Shown: positions 25,598 to 41,200, counted from the stretch's first letter. The stretch is DNA of 64,000 nucleotides from Hypanus sabinus (GCF_030144855.1 NC_082727.1:9858001-9922000), one strand, 5' to 3'. Program-made: numbers and translations. The notes: generated from the letters alone by a model not told the origin.

Positions 25598-28500
25598 CCG
25601 ATTGAGGACCTGACTGCTCTCTCTCTCTGATAGAGAACCTGACTGCTCTCTCTCCGATAGAGGACCTGACTGCTCTCTCCAATACAGGACCTGACTGCTC
25701 TCTCCGATAGACGACCTGAGTGCTCTCTCTCCGATACAGAACCTGACTGCTCCCTCTCCGATACAGGACCTGACTGCTCTCTCTCCGATACAGGACCTGA
25801 CTGCTCTCTCTCTCCGATAGAGGACCTGACTGCTCTCTCTCTCCGATAGAGGACCTGACTGCTCTCTCCGATAGAGGACCTGACTGCTCTCTCTCCGATA
25901 GAGGACCTGACTGCTCTCTCTCCGATAGAGGTCCTGACTGCTCTCTCCGATAGAGGACCTGAGTGCCCTCTCTCCGATACAGGACCTGACTGCTCTCTCT
26001 CCGATACAGGACCTGACTGCTCTCTCTCTCCGATAGAGGACCTGACTGCTCTCTCTCAGATAGAGGACCTGACTGCTCTCTCTCTCCGATGGAGGACCTG
26101 ACTGCTCTCTCTCTCTCCGATACAGGACATGACTGCTCTCTCTGTCCGATACAGGACCTGACTGCTCTCTCTCCGATACAGGACCTGACTGCTCACTCTC
26201 CGATACAGGACCTGACTGCTCTCTCTCTCTCCGATACAGGACCTGACTGCTCTCTCTCCGATACAGGACCTGACTGCTCTCTCTCCGATAGAGGACCTGA
26301 CTGCTCTCTCTCCGATACAGGACCTGACTGCTCTTCCGACTGAGGACCTGACTGCTCTCTCTCCGATACAGGACCTGACTGCTCTTCCGACTGAGGACCT
26401 GACTGCTCTCTCTCCGATACAGGACCTGACGGCTCTCTCTCTCCGATACAGGACTTGACTGCTCTCTCTCCGACAGAGGACCTGACTGCTCTCTCACCAA
26501 CTGAGGACCTGACTGCTCTCTCTCTCCGATACAGGACCTGACTGCTCTCTCTCGCCGATAGAGGACCTGACTGCTCTCTCTCCGACACAGGACCTGACTG
26601 CTCTCTCTCCGATAGAGGACCTGACTGCTCTCTCTCTCCGATAGAGGACCTGACTGCTCTCTCCGATTGAGGAACTGACTGCTCTCTCTCCGATACAGGA
26701 CCTGACTGCTCTCTCCGATAGAGGACCTGACTGCTCTCTCTCTCCGACAGAGGACCTGACTGCTCTCTCTCTCCGATAGAGGACCTGACTGCTCTCTCCG
26801 ATTGAGGACCTGACTGCTCTCTCTCTCTGATAGAGAACCTGACTGCTCTCTCTCCGATAGAGGACCTCACTGCTCTCTCCAATACAGGACCTGACTGCTC
26901 TCTCCGATAGACGACCTGAGTGCTCTCTCTCCGATACAGAACCTGACTGCTCCCTCTCCGATACAGGACCTGACTGCTCTCTCTCCGATACAGGACCTGA
27001 CTGCTCTCTCTCTCCGATAGAGGACCTGACTGCTCTCTCCGATTGAGGACCTGACTGCTCTCTCTCTCTGATAGAGAACCTGACTGCTCTCTCTCCGATA
27101 GAGGACCTCACTGCTCTCTCCAATACAGGACCTGACTGCTCTCTCCGATAGACGACCTGAGTGCTCTCTCTCCGATACAGAACCTGACTGCTCCCTCTCC
27201 GATACAGGACCTGACTGCTCTCTCTCCGATACAGGACCTGACTGCTCTCTCTCTCCGATAGAGGACCTGACTGCTCTCTCTCTCCGATAGAGGACCTGAC
27301 TGCTCTCTCCGATAGAGGACCTGACTGCTCTCTCTCCGATAGAGGACCTGACTGCTCTCTCTCCGATAGAGGTCCTGACTGCTCTCTCCGATAGAGGACC
27401 TGAGTGCCCTCTCTCCGATACAGGACCTGACTGCTCTCTCTCCGATACAGGACCTGACTGCTCTCTCTCTCCGATAGAGGACCTGACTGCTCTCTCTCAG
27501 ATAGAGGACCTGACTGCTCTCTCTCTCCGATGGAGGACCTGACTGCTCTCTCTCTCTCCGATACAGGACATGACTGCTCTCTCTGTCCGATACAGGACCT
27601 GACTGCTCTCTCTCCGATACAGGACCTGACTGCTCACTCTCCGATACAGGACCTGACTGCTCTCTCTCTCTCCGATACAGGACCTGACTGCTCTCTCTCC
27701 GATACAGGACCTGACTGCTCTCTCTCCGATAGAGGACCTGACTGCTCTCTCTCCGATACAGGACCTGACTGCTCTTCCGACTGAGGACCTGACTGCTCTC
27801 TCTCCGATACAGGACCTGACTGCTCTTCCGACTGAGGACCTGACTGCTCTCTCTCCGATACAGGACCTGACGGCTCTCTCTCTCCGATACAGGACTTGAC
27901 TGCTCTCTCTCCGACAGAGGACCTGACTGCTCTCTCACCAACTGAGGACCTGACTGCTCTCTCTCTCCGATACAGGACCTGACTGCTCTCTCTCGCCAAT
28001 AGAGGACCTGACTGCTCTCTCTCCGACACAGGACCTGACTGCTCTCTCTCCCATACAGGACCTGACTGCTCTCTCTCTCCGATAGAGGACCTGACTGCTC
28101 TCTCTCTCCGATAGAGGACCTGACTGCTCTCTCCGATTGAGGAACTGACTGCTCTCTCTCCGATACAGGACCTGACTGCTCTCTCCGATAGAGGACCTGA
28201 CTGCTCTCTCTCTCCGACAGAGGACCTGACTGCTCTCTCTCTCCGATAGAGGACCTGACTGCTCTCTCCGATTGAGGACCAGACTGCTCTCTCTCTCTGA
28301 TAGAGAACCTGACTGCTCTCTCTCCGATAGAGGACCTCACTGCTCTCTCCAATACAGGACCTGACTGCTCTCTCCGATAGACGACCTGAGTGCTCTCTCT
28401 CCGATACAGAACCTGACTGCTCCCTCTCCGATACAGGACCTGACTGCTCTCTCTCCGATACAGGACCTGACTGCTCTCTCTCTCCGATAGAGGACCTGAC

Positions 28501-29190
28501 TGCTCTCTCTCTCCGATAGAGGACCTGACTGCTCTCTCCGATAGAGGACCTGACTGCTCTCTCTCCGATAGAGGACCTGACTGCTCTCTCTCCGATAGAG
28601 GTCCTGACTGCTCTCTCCGATAGAGGACCTGAGTGCCCTCTCTCCGATACAGGACCTGACTGCTCTCTCTCCGATACAGGACCTGACTGCTCTCTCTCTC
28701 CGATAGAGGACCTGACTGCTCTCTCTCAGATAGAGGACCTGACTGCTCTCTCTCTCCGATGGAGGACCTGACTGCTCTCTCTCTCTCCGATACAGGACAT
28801 GACTGCTCTCTCTGTCCGATACAGGACCTGACTGCTCTCTCTCCGATACAGGACCTGACTGCTCACTCTCCGATACAGGACCTGACTGCTCTCTCTCTCT
28901 CCGATACAGGACCTGACTGCTCTCTCTCCGATACAGGACCTGACTGCTCTCTCTCCGATAGAGGACCTGACTGCTCTCTCTCCGATACAGGACCTGACTG
29001 CTCTTCCGACTGAGGACCTGACTGCTCTCTCTCCGATACAGGACCTGACTGCTCTTCCGACTAAGGACCTGACTGCTCTCTCTCCGATACAGGACCTGAC
29101 GGCTCTCTCTCTCCGATACAGGACTTGACTGCTCTCTCTCCGACAGAGGACCTGACTGCTCTCTCACCAACTGAGGACCTGACTGCTCTC
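25598..29190 (+). repeat. Three ~1.2-kb tandem units plus a 241-bp partial unit
   Basis: attgaggacc..ctgatagagaacc starts at 25601, 26801, 27042 and 28271. The marker atagacgacctgagtg occurs near 25707, 26907, 27148 and 28377. Identical ORFs occur at 26089/27530/28759. Confidence 0.88.
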
Positions 29191-32100
29191 TCTCTCCGAT
29201 ACAGGACCTGACTGCTCTCTCTCTCCGATAGAGGACCTGACTGCTCTCTCTGATACAGGACCTGACTGCTCTCTCTCCGATACAGGACCTGACTGCTCTC
29301 TCTCCGATTCAGGACCTGACTGCTCTCTCTCTCCGATACAGGACCTGACTGCTCTCTCTCTCCGATAGAGGACCTGACTGCTCTCTCTCCGATACAGGAC
29401 CTGACTGCTCTTTCTCCGATACAGGACCTGACTGCTCTCTCTCTCCGACAGAGGACCTGACTGCTCTCTCTCTGATAGAGGACCTGTCTGCTCTCTCTCT
29501 CCGATACAGGACCTGACTGCTCTCTCTCCGATAAAGGACCTGACTGCTCTCTCTCTCCGATACAGAACCTGACTGTTCTCTCTCTCCGATACAGGACCTG
29601 ACTGCTCGCTCTCTCCGACAGAGGACCTGACTGCTCTCTCTCTCCGATAGAGGACCTGACTGCTCTCTCTCCGATAGAGGACCTGACTGCTCTCTCCGAT
29701 AGTGGACCTGACTGCTCTCTCCGATAGACGACCTGACTGCTCTCTCTCTCCGACAGAGGACCTGACTGCTCTCTCTCTCCGATAGAGGAACTGACTGCTC
29801 TCTCCGATTGAGGACCTGACTGCTCTCTCCCTCTGATAGAGAACCTGACTGCTCTCTCTCCGATAGAGGACCTCACTGCTCTCTCCAATACAGGACCTGA
29901 CTGCTCTCTCCGATAGAGGACCTGAGTGCTCTCTCTCCGATACAGGACCTGACCGCTCTCTCGCTCCGATACAGGACCTGACTGCTCTATCTCTCCGATA
30001 GAGGACCGGACTGCTCTCTCTCTCCGATAGAGGACCTGACTGCTCTCTCCGATTGAGGAACTGACTGCTCTCTCTCCGATACAGGACCTGACTGCTCTCT
30101 CTCCGATACAGGACCTGACTGCTCTCTCCGATACAGGACCTGACTGCTCTCTCTCCGATACAGGACCTGACTGCTCCCTCTCCGATAGAGGACCTGAGTG
30201 CTCTCTCTCCGTTAGAGGACCTGACGGCTCTCTCCGATACAGGACCTGACTGCTCTCTCTCTCCGATGGAGGACCTCACTGCTCTCTCTCTCCGATACAG
30301 GACCTGACTGCTCTCTCCGATACAGGACCTGACTGCTCTCTCTCCGATAGAGGACCTGACTGCTCTCTCTCCGATAGAGGACCTGACTGCTCTCTCTCCG
30401 ATACAAGACCAGACTGCTCTCTCTCCGATACAGGACCTGACAGCTCTCTCTCCGATAGAGGACCTGACTGCTCTCTCCGATAGAGGACATGACTTCTCTC
30501 TCTCTCCGATAGAGAACCTGACTGCTCTATCTCTCTCCGATAGAGGACCTCACTGCTCTCTCCGATACATGACCTGACTGCTCTCTCCGATAGAGGACCT
30601 GAGTGCTCTCTCTCCAATACAGGACCTGACTGCTCTCTCTCTCCGATAGAGAACCTGACTGCTCTCTATCCGATAGAGGACCTCACTGCTCTCTCCGATA
30701 CATGACCTGACTGCTCTCTGCGATAGAGGACCTGAGTGCTCTCTCTCCAATACATGACCTGACTGCTCTCTCTCTCCGATAGAGGCCCTCACTGCTCTCT
30801 CTGATACATGACCTGTCTGCTCTCTCTCCGATACAGGACCTGACTGCTCTCTCTCCGATACAGGACCTGACTGCTCTCTCTCCGACAGAGGACCTGACTG
30901 CACTCTCTCTCCAATGGAGGACCAGACTGCTCTCTCTCTCTCCGATACAGGACCTGACTGCTCTCTCTGTCCGATACAGGACCTGACTGCTCTCTCTCCG
31001 ATACAGGACCTGACTGCTCTCTCTCTCTCCGATACAGGACCTGACTGCTCTCTTTCTCCGATACAGGACCTGACTGCTCTCTCTCCGATACAGGACCCGA
31101 CTGCTCTGTCTCGCCGATAGAGGACCTGACTGCTCTCTCTCCGACACAGGACCTGACTGCTCTCTCTCCCATACAGGACCTGACTGCTCTCTCTCTCCGA
31201 TAGAGGACCTGACTGCTCTCTCTCACCGATAGAGGACCTGACTGCTCTCTCCGATTGAGGAACTGACTGCTCTCTCTCTCCGACAGAGGACCTGACTGCT
31301 CTCTCTCTCCGATAGAGGACCTGACTGCTCTCTCCGATTGAGGACCTGACTGCTCTCTCTCTCTGATAGAGAACCTGACTGCTCTCTCTCCGATAGAGGA
31401 CCTGACTGCTCTCTCCAATACAGGACCTGACTGCTCTCTCCGATAGAGGACCTGAGTGCTCTCTCTCCGATACAGAACCTGACTGCTCTCTCTCCGATAC
31501 AGGACCTGACTGCTCTCTCTCCGATACAGGACCTGACTGCTCTCTCTCTCCGATAGACGACCTGACTGCTCTCTCTCTCCGATAGAGGACCTGACTGCTC
31601 TCTCCGATTGAGGAACTGACTGCTCTCTCTCCGATACAGGACCTGACTGCTCCCTCTCCAATACAGGACCTGACTGCTCTCTCTCCGATAGAGGACCTGA
31701 CTGCTCTCTCCGATAGAGGACCTGAGTGCCCTCTCTCCGATACAGGACCTGACTGCTCTCTATCCGATACAGATCCTGACTGCTCTCTCTCTCCGATACA
31801 GGACCTGACTGCTCTCTCTCCGATAGAGGACCTGACTGCTCTCTCTCTCCGATGGAGGACCTGACTGCTCTCTCTCTCTCCGATACAGGTCATGACTGCT
31901 CTCTCTGTCCGATACAGGACCTGACTGCTCTCTCTCCGATACAGGACCTGACTGCTCTCTCTCTCTCCGATACAGGACCTGACTGCTCTCTCTCCGATAC
32001 AGGACCTGACTGCTCTCTCTCCGATACAGGACCTGACTGCTCTCTCCGACTGAGGACCTGACTGCTCTCTCTCGCCGATAGAGGACCTGACTGCTCTTCC

Positions 32101-32263
32101 TCCGATACAGGACCTGACTGCTCTCTCTCCGATACAGGACCTGACTGCTCTCTCTCCGATACAGGACCTGACTGCTCTCTCCGACTGAGGACCTGCCTGC
32201 TCTCTCTCGCCGATAGAGGACCTGACTGCTCCCTCTCTGATACAGGACGTGACTGCTCTCTCT

Positions 32264-35200
32264 CCGATACAGGACCTGACTGCTCTCTCTCTCCGACAGA
32301 GGACCTGACTGCTCTCTCTCTCCGATAGAGGACCTGACTGCTCTCTCTCCGACAGAGGACCTGTCTGCTCTCTCACCAACTGAGGACCTGACTGCTCTCT
32401 CTCTCCGATACAGGACCTGACTGCTCTCTCTCTCCGATACAGGACCTGACTGCTCTCTCTCTCCGACAGAGGACCTGACTGCTCTGCCTCTCCGACAGAG
32501 GACCTGACTGCTCTCTCTCTCTCCGATAGAGGAACTGACTGCACTCTCTCTCCGATAGAGGACCTGACTGCTCTCTCTCCGACAGACCTGACTACTCTCT
32601 CCGATAGAGGACCTGAGTGCCCTCTCTCCGATACAGGACCTGACTGCTCTCTCTCCGATACAGGACCTGACTGCTCTCTCTCTCCGATAGAGGACCTGAC
32701 TGCTCTCTCTCTCTCCGATGGAGGACCTGACTGCTCTCTCTCTCTCCGATACAGGACATGACTGCTCTCTCTGTCCGATACAGGACCTGACTGCTCTCTC
32801 TCCGATACAGGACCTGACTGCACACTCTCCGATACAGGACCTGACTGCTCTCTCTCTCTCCGATACAGGACCTGACTGCTCTCTCTCCGATACAGGACCT
32901 GACTGCTCTCTCTCCGATACAGGACCTGACTGCTCTTCCGACTGAGGACCTGACTGCTCTCTCTCCGATACAGGACCTGACTGCTCTTCCGACTGAGGAC
33001 CTGACTGCTCTCTCTCCGATACAGGACCTGACGGCTCTCTCTCTCCAATACAGGACTTGACTGCTCTCTCTCCGACAGAGGACCTGACTGCTCTCTCACC
33101 AGCTGAGGACCTGACTGCTCTCTCTCTCCGATTGAGGACCTGACTGCTCTCTCTGATACAGGACCTGACTGCTCTCTCTCCGATACAGGACCTGACTGCT
33201 CTCTCTCCGATTCAGGACCTGACTGCTCTCTCTCTCCGATACAGGACCTGACTGCTCTCTCTCTCCGATAGAGGACCTGACTGCTCTCTCTCCGATACAG
33301 GACCTGACTGCTCTTTCTCCGATACAGGACCTGACTGCTCTCTCTCTCCAACAGAGGACCTGACTGCTCTCTCTCTGATAGAGGACCTGTCTGCTCTCTC
33401 TCTCCGATACAGGACCTGACTGCTCTCTCTCCGATAAAGGACCTGACTGCTCTCTCTCTCCGATACAGAACCTGACTGTTCTCTCTCTCCGATAGTGGAC
33501 CTGACTGCTCGCTCTCTCCGACAGAGGACCTGACTGCTCTCTCTCTGCGATAGAGGACCTGACTGCTCTCTCTCCGATAGAGGACCTGACTGCTCTCTCC
33601 GATAGTGGACCTGACTGCTCTCTCCGATAGAGGACCTGACTGCTCTCTCTCTCCGACAGAGGACCTGACTGCTCTCTCTCTCCGATAGACCTGACTGCTC
33701 TCTCCGATTGAGGACCTGACTGCTCTCTCTCTCTGATAGAGAACCTGACTGCTCTCTCTCCGATAGAGGACCTCACTGCTCTCTCCAATACAGGACCTGA
33801 CTGCTCTCTCCGATAGAGGACCTGAGTGCTCTCTCTCCGATACAGGACCGGACTGCACTCTCTCCAATACAGGACCTGACCGCTCTCTCGCTCCGATACA
33901 GGACCTGACTGCTCTCTCTCTCCGATAGAGGACCTGACTGCTCTCTCTCTCCGATAGAGGACCTGACTGCTCTCTCCGACTGAGGACCTGCCTGCTCTCT
34001 CTCGCCGATAGAGGACCTGACTGCTCCCACTCTGATACAGGACGTGACTGCTCTCTCTCCGATACAGGACCTGACTGCTCTCTCTCTCCGACAGAGGACC
34101 TGACTGCTCTCTCTCTCCGATAGAGGACCTGACTGCTCTCTCTCCGACAGAGGACCTGACTGCTCTCTCACCAACTGAGGACCTGACTGCTCTCTCTCTC
34201 CGATACAGGACCTGACTGCTCTCTCTCTCCGATACAGGACCTGACTGCTCTCTCTCTCCGACAGAGGACCTGACTGCTCTCTCTCTCCGACAGAGGACCT
34301 GACTGCTCTCTCTCTCTCCGATAGAGGAACTGAATGCACTCTCTCTCCGATAGAGGACCTGACTGCTCTCTCTCCGACAGACCTGACTACTCTCTCTGAT
34401 ACAGGAACAGACTGCTCTCTCTCCGATACAGGACCTGACTGCTCTCTCTCTCCAATAGAGGACCTGACTGCTCTCTCTCCGATAGAGGACCTGACTGCTC
34501 TCTCTCCGATAGAGGTCCTGACTGCTCTCTCCGATAGAGGACCTGAGTGCCCTCTCTCCGATACAGGACCTGACTGCTCTCTCTCCAATACAGGACCTGA
34601 CTGCTCTCTCTCTCCGATAGAGGACCTGACTGCTCTCTCTCCGATAGAGGACCTGACTGCTCTCTCTCTCCGATGGAGGACCTGACTGCTCTCTCTCTCT
34701 CCGATACAGGACATGACTGCTCTCTCTGTCCGATACAGGACCTGACTGCTCTCTCTCCGATACAGGACCTGACTGCTCACTCTCCGATACAGGACCTGAC
34801 TGCTCTCTCTCTCTCCGATACAGGACCTGACTGCTCTCTCTCCGATACAGGACCTGACTGCTCTCTCTCCGATAGAGGACCTGACTGCTCTCTCTCCGAT
34901 ACAGGACCTGACTGCTCTTCCGACTGAGGACCTGACGGCTCTCTCTCCGATACAGGACCTGACTGCTCTTCCGACTGAGGACCTGACTGCTCTCTCTCCG
35001 ATACAGGACCTGACGGCTCTCTCTCTCCGATACAGGACTTGACTGCTCTCTCTCCGACAGAGGACCTGACTGCTCTCTCACCAACTGAGGACCTGACTGC
35101 TCTCTCTCTCCGATACAGGACCTGACTGCTCTCTCTCTCCGATAGAGGACCTGACTGCTCTCTCTGATACAGGACCTGACTGCTCTCTCTCCGATACAGG

Positions 35201-38200
35201 ACCTGACTGCTCTCTCTCCGATTCAGGACCTGACTGCTCTCTCTCTCCGATACAGGACCTGACTGCTATCTCTCTCCGATAGAGGACCTGACTGCTCTCT
35301 CTCCGATACAGGACCTGACTGCTCTTTCTCCGATACAGGACCTGACTGCTCTCTCTCTCCAACAGAGGACCTTACTGCTCTCTCTCTGATAGAGGACCTG
35401 TCTGCTCTCTCTCTCTCCGATACAGGACCTGACAGCTCGCTCTCTCCGACAGAGGACCTGACTGCTCTCTCTCTCCGATAGAGGACCTGACTGCTCTCTC
35501 TCCGATAGAGGACCTGACTGCTCTCTCCGATAGAGGACCTGACTGCTCTCTCTCTCCGACAGAGGACCTGACTGCTCTCTCTCTCCGACAGAGGACCTGA
35601 CTGCTCTCTCTCTCTCCGATAGAGGAACTGAATGCACTCTCTCTCCGATAGAGGACCTGACTGCTCTCTCTCCGACAGACCTGACTACTCTCTCTGATAC
35701 AGGAACAGACTGCTCTCTCTCCGATACAGGACCTGACTGCTCTCTCTCTCCAATAGAGGACCTGACTGCTCTCTCTCCGATAGAGGACCTGACTGCTCTC
35801 TCTCCGATAGAGGTCCTGACTGCTCTCTCCGATAGAGGACCTGAGTGCCCTCTCTCCGATACAGGACCTGACTGCTCTCTCTCCAATACAGGACCTGACT
35901 GCTCTCTCTCTCCGATAGAGGACCTGACTGCTCTCTCTCCGATAGAGGACCTGACTGCTCTCTCTCTCCGATGGAGGACCTGACTGCTCTCTCTCTCTCC
36001 GATACAGGACATGACTGCTCTCTCTGTCCGATACAGGACCTGACTGCTCTCTCTCCGATACAGGACCTGACTGCTCACTCTCCGATACAGGACCTGACTG
36101 CTCTCTCTCTCTCCGATACAGGACCTGACTGCTCTCTCTCCGATACAGGACCTGACTGCTCTCTCTCCGATAGAGGACCTGACTGCTCTCTCTCCGATAC
36201 AGGACCTGACTGCTCTTCCGACTGAGGACCTGACGGCTCTCTCTCCGATACAGGACCTGACTGCTCTTCCGACTGAGGACCTGACTGCTCTCTCTCCGAT
36301 ACAGGACCTGACGGCTCTCTCTCTCCGATACAGGACTTGACTGCTCTCTCTCCGACAGAGGACCTGACTGCTCTCTCACCAACTGAGGACCTGACTGCTC
36401 TCTCTCTCCGATACAGGACCTGACTGCTCTCTCTCTCCGATAGAGGACCTGACTGCTCTCTCTGATACAGGACCTGACTGCTCTCTCTCCGATACAGGAC
36501 CTGACTGCTCTCTCTCCGATTCAGGACCTGACTGCTCTCTCTCTCCGATACAGGACCTGACTGCTATCTCTCTCCGATAGAGGACCTGACTGCTCTCTCT
36601 CCGATACAGGACCTGACTGCTCTTTCTCCGATACAGGACCTGACTGCTCTCTCTCTCCAACAGAGGACCTTACTGCTCTCTCTCTGATAGAGGACCTGTC
36701 TGCTCTCTCTCTCTCCGATACAGGACCTGACAGCTCGCTCTCTCCGACAGAGGACCTGACTGCTCTCTCTCTCCGATAGAGGACCTGACTGCTCTCTCTC
36801 CGATAGAGGACCTGACTGCTCTCTCCGATAGAGGACCTGACTGCTCTCTCTCTCCGACAGAGGACCTGACTGCTCTCTCTCTCCGATACAGGACCTGACT
36901 GCTCTCTCCGATTGAGGACCTGACTGCTCTCTCTCTCTGATAGAGAACCTGACTGCTCTCTCTCCGATAGAGGACCTCACTGCTCTCTCCAATACAGGAC
37001 CTGACTGCTCTCTCCGATAGAGGACCTGAGTGCTCTCTCTCCGATACAGGACAGGACTGCACTCTCTCCGATACAGGACCTGACTGCTCTCTCTCTCCGA
37101 CAGAGGACCTGACTGCTCTCTCTCTCCGATAGAGGACCTGACTGCTCTCTCTCCGACAGAGGACCTGTCTGCTCTCTCACCAACTGAGGACCTGACTGCT
37201 CTCTCTCTCCGATACAGGACCTGACTGCTCTCTCTCTCCGATACAGGACCTGACTGCTCTCTCTCTCCGACAGAGGACCTGACTGCTCTGCCTCTCCGAC
37301 AGAGGACCTGACTGCTCTCTCTCTCTCCGATAGAGGAACTGACTGCACTCTCTCTCCGATAGAGGACCTGACTGCTCTCTCTCCGACAGACCTGACTACT
37401 CTCTCCGATAGAGGACCTGAGTGCCCTCTCTCCGATACAGGACCTGACTGCTCTCTCTCCGATACAGGACCTGACTGCTCTCTCTCTCCGATAGAGGACC
37501 TGACTGCTCTCTCTCTCTCCGATGGAGGACCTGACTGCTCTCTCTCTCTCCGATACAGGACATGACTGCTCTCTCTGTCCGATACAGGACCTGACTGCTC
37601 TCTCTCCGATACAGGACCTGACTGCACACTCTCCGATACAGGACCTGACTGCTCTCTCTCTCTCCGATACAGGACCTGACTGCTCTCTCTCCGATACAGG
37701 ACCTGACTGCTCTCTCTCCGATACAGGACCTGACTGCTCTTCCGACTGAGGACCTGACTGCTCTCTCTCCGATACAGGACCTGACTGCTCTTCCGACTGA
37801 GGACCTGACTGCTCTCTCTCCGATACAGGACCTGACGGCTCTCTCTCTCCAATACAGGACTTGACTGCTCTCTCTCCGACAGAGGACCTGACTGCTCTCT
37901 CACCAGCTGAGGACCTGACTGCTCTCTCTCTCCGATTGAGGACCTGACTGCTCTCTCTGATACAGGACCTGACTGCTCTCTCTCCGATACAGGACCTGAC
38001 TGCTCTCTCTCCGATTCAGGACCTGACTGCTCTCTCTCTCCGATACAGGACCTGACTGCTCTCTCTCTCCGATAGAGGACCTGACTGCTCTCTCTCCGAT
38101 ACAGGACCTGACTGCTCTTTCTCCGATACAGGACCTGACTGCTCTCTCTCTCCAACAGAGGACCTGACTGCTCTCTCTCTGATAGAGGACCTGTCTGCTC

Positions 38201-41200
38201 TCTCTCTCCGATACAGGACCTGACTGCTCTCTCTCCGATAAAGGACCTGACTGCTCTCTCTCTCCGATACAGAACCTGACTGTTCTCTCTCTCCGATAGT
38301 GGACCTGACTGCTCGCTCTCTCCGACAGAGGACCTGACTGCTCTCTCTCTGCGATAGAGGACCTGACTGCTCTCTCTCCGATAGAGGACCTGACTGCTCT
38401 CTCCGATAGTGGACCTGACTGCTCTCTCCGATAGAGGACCTGACTGCTCTCTCTCTCCGACAGAGGACCTGACTGCTCTCTCTCTCCGATAGACCTGACT
38501 GCTCTCTCCGATTGAGGACCTGACTGCTCTCTCTCTCTGATAGAGAACCTGACTGCTCTCTCTCCGATAGAGGACCTCACTGCTCTCTCCAATACAGGAC
38601 CTGACTGCTCTCTCCGATAGAGGACCTGAGTGCTCTCTCTCCGATACAGGACCGGACTGCACTCTCTCCAATACAGGACCTGACCGCTCTCTCGCTCCGA
38701 TACAGGACCTGACTGCTCTCTCTCTCCGATAGAGGACCTGACTGCTCTCTCTCTCCGATAGAGGACCTGACTGCTCTCTCCGACTGAGGACCTGCCTGCT
38801 CTCTCTCGCCGATAGAGGACCTGACTGCTCCCACTCTGATACAGGACGTGACTGCTCTCTCTCCGATACAGGACCTGACTGCTCTCTCTCTCCGACAGAG
38901 GACCTGACTGCTCTCTCTCTCCGATAGAGGACCTGACTGCTCTCTCTCCGACAGAGGACCTGACTGCTCTCTCACCAACTGAGGACCTGACTGCTCTCTC
39001 TCTCCGATACAGGACCTGACTGCTCTCTCTCTCCGATACAGGACCTGACTGCTCTCTCTCTCCGACAGAGGACCTGACTGCTCTCTCTCTCCGACAGAGG
39101 ACCTGACTGCTCTCTCTCTCTCCGATAGAGGAACTGAATGCACTCTCTCTCCGATAGAGGACCTGACTGCTCTCTCTCCGACAGACCTGACTACTCTCTC
39201 TGATACAGGAACAGACTGCTCTCTCTCCGATACAGGACCTGACTGCTCTCTCTCTCCAATAGAGGACCTGACTGCTCTCTCTCCGATAGAGGACCTGACT
39301 GCTCTCTCTCCGATAGAGGTCCTGACTGCTCTCTCCGATAGAGGACCTGAGTGCCCTCTCTCCGATACAGGACCTGACTGCTCTCTCTCCAATACAGGAC
39401 CTGACTGCTCTCTCTCTCCGATAGAGGACCTGACTGCTCTCTCTCCGATAGAGGACCTGACTGCTCTCTCTCTCCGATGGAGGACCTGACTGCTCTCTCT
39501 CTCTCCGATACAGGACATGACTGCTCTCTCTGTCCGATACAGGACCTGACTGCTCTCTCTCCGATACAGGACCTGACTGCTCACTCTCCGATACAGGACC
39601 TGACTGCTCTCTCTCTCTCCGATACAGGACCTGACTGCTCTCTCTCCGATACAGGACCTGACTGCTCTCTCTCCGATAGAGGACCTGACTGCTCTCTCTC
39701 CGATACAGGACCTGACTGCTCTTCCGACTGAGGACCTGACGGCTCTCTCTCCGATACAGGACCTGACTGCTCTTCCGACTGAGGACCTGACTGCTCTCTC
39801 TCCGATACAGGACCTGACGGCTCTCTCTCTCCGATACAGGACTTGACTGCTCTCTCTCCGACAGAGGACCTGACTGCTCTCTCACCAACTGAGGACCTGA
39901 CTGCTCTCTCTCTCCGATACAGGACCTGACTGCTCTCTCTCTCCGATAGAGGACCTGACTGCTCTCTCTGATACAGGACCTGACTGCTCTCTCTCCGATA
40001 CAGGACCTGACTGCTCTCTCTCCGATTCAGGACCTGACTGCTCTCTCTCTCCGATACAGGACCTGACTGCTATCTCTCTCCGATAGAGGACCTGACTGCT
40101 CTCTCTCCGATACAGGACCTGACTGCTCTTTCTCCGATACAGGACCTGACTGCTCTCTCTCTCCAACAGAGGACCTTACTGCTCTCTCTCTGATAGAGGA
40201 CCTGTCTGCTCTCTCTCTCTCCGATACAGGACCTGACAGCTCGCTCTCTCCGACAGAGGACCTGACTGCTCTCTCTCTCCGATAGAGGACCTGACTGCTC
40301 TCTCTCCGATAGAGGACCTGACTGCTCTCTCCGATAGAGGACCTGACTGCTCTCTCTCTCCGACAGAGGACCTGACTGCTCTCTCTCTCCGACAGAGGAC
40401 CTGACTGCTCTCTCTCTCTCCGATAGAGGAACTGAATGCACTCTCTCTCCGATAGAGGACCTGACTGCTCTCTCTCCGACAGACCTGACTACTCTCTCTG
40501 ATACAGGAACAGACTGCTCTCTCTCCGATACAGGACCTGACTGCTCTCTCTCTCCAATAGAGGACCTGACTGCTCTCTCTCCGATAGAGGACCTGACTGC
40601 TCTCTCTCCGATAGAGGTCCTGACTGCTCTCTCCGATAGAGGACCTGAGTGCCCTCTCTCCGATACAGGACCTGACTGCTCTCTCTCCAATACAGGACCT
40701 GACTGCTCTCTCTCTCCGATAGAGGACCTGACTGCTCTCTCTCCGATAGAGGACCTGACTGCTCTCTCTCTCCGATGGAGGACCTGACTGCTCTCTCTCT
40801 CTCCGATACAGGACATGACTGCTCTCTCTGTCCGATACAGGACCTGACTGCTCTCTCTCCGATACAGGACCTGACTGCTCACTCTCCGATACAGGACCTG
40901 ACTGCTCTCTCTCTCTCCGATACAGGACCTGACTGCTCTCTCTCCGATACAGGACCTGACTGCTCTCTCTCCGATAGAGGACCTGACTGCTCTCTCTCCG
41001 ATACAGGACCTGACTGCTCTTCCGACTGAGGACCTGACGGCTCTCTCTCCGATACAGGACCTGACTGCTCTTCCGACTGAGGACCTGACTGCTCTCTCTC
41101 CGATACAGGACCTGACGGCTCTCTCTCTCCGATACAGGACTTGACTGCTCTCTCTCCGACAGAGGACCTGACTGCTCTCTCACCAACTGAGGACCTGACT

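Noticed and set aside
30550-33867. 1105-aa minus-strand ORF and the other long minus-strand ORFs as protein-coding genes
   Set aside because: They are pure translations of the satellite. All three frames are open at once, unit-length changes do not preserve frame, there is no unique domain, and many starts are non-ATG.
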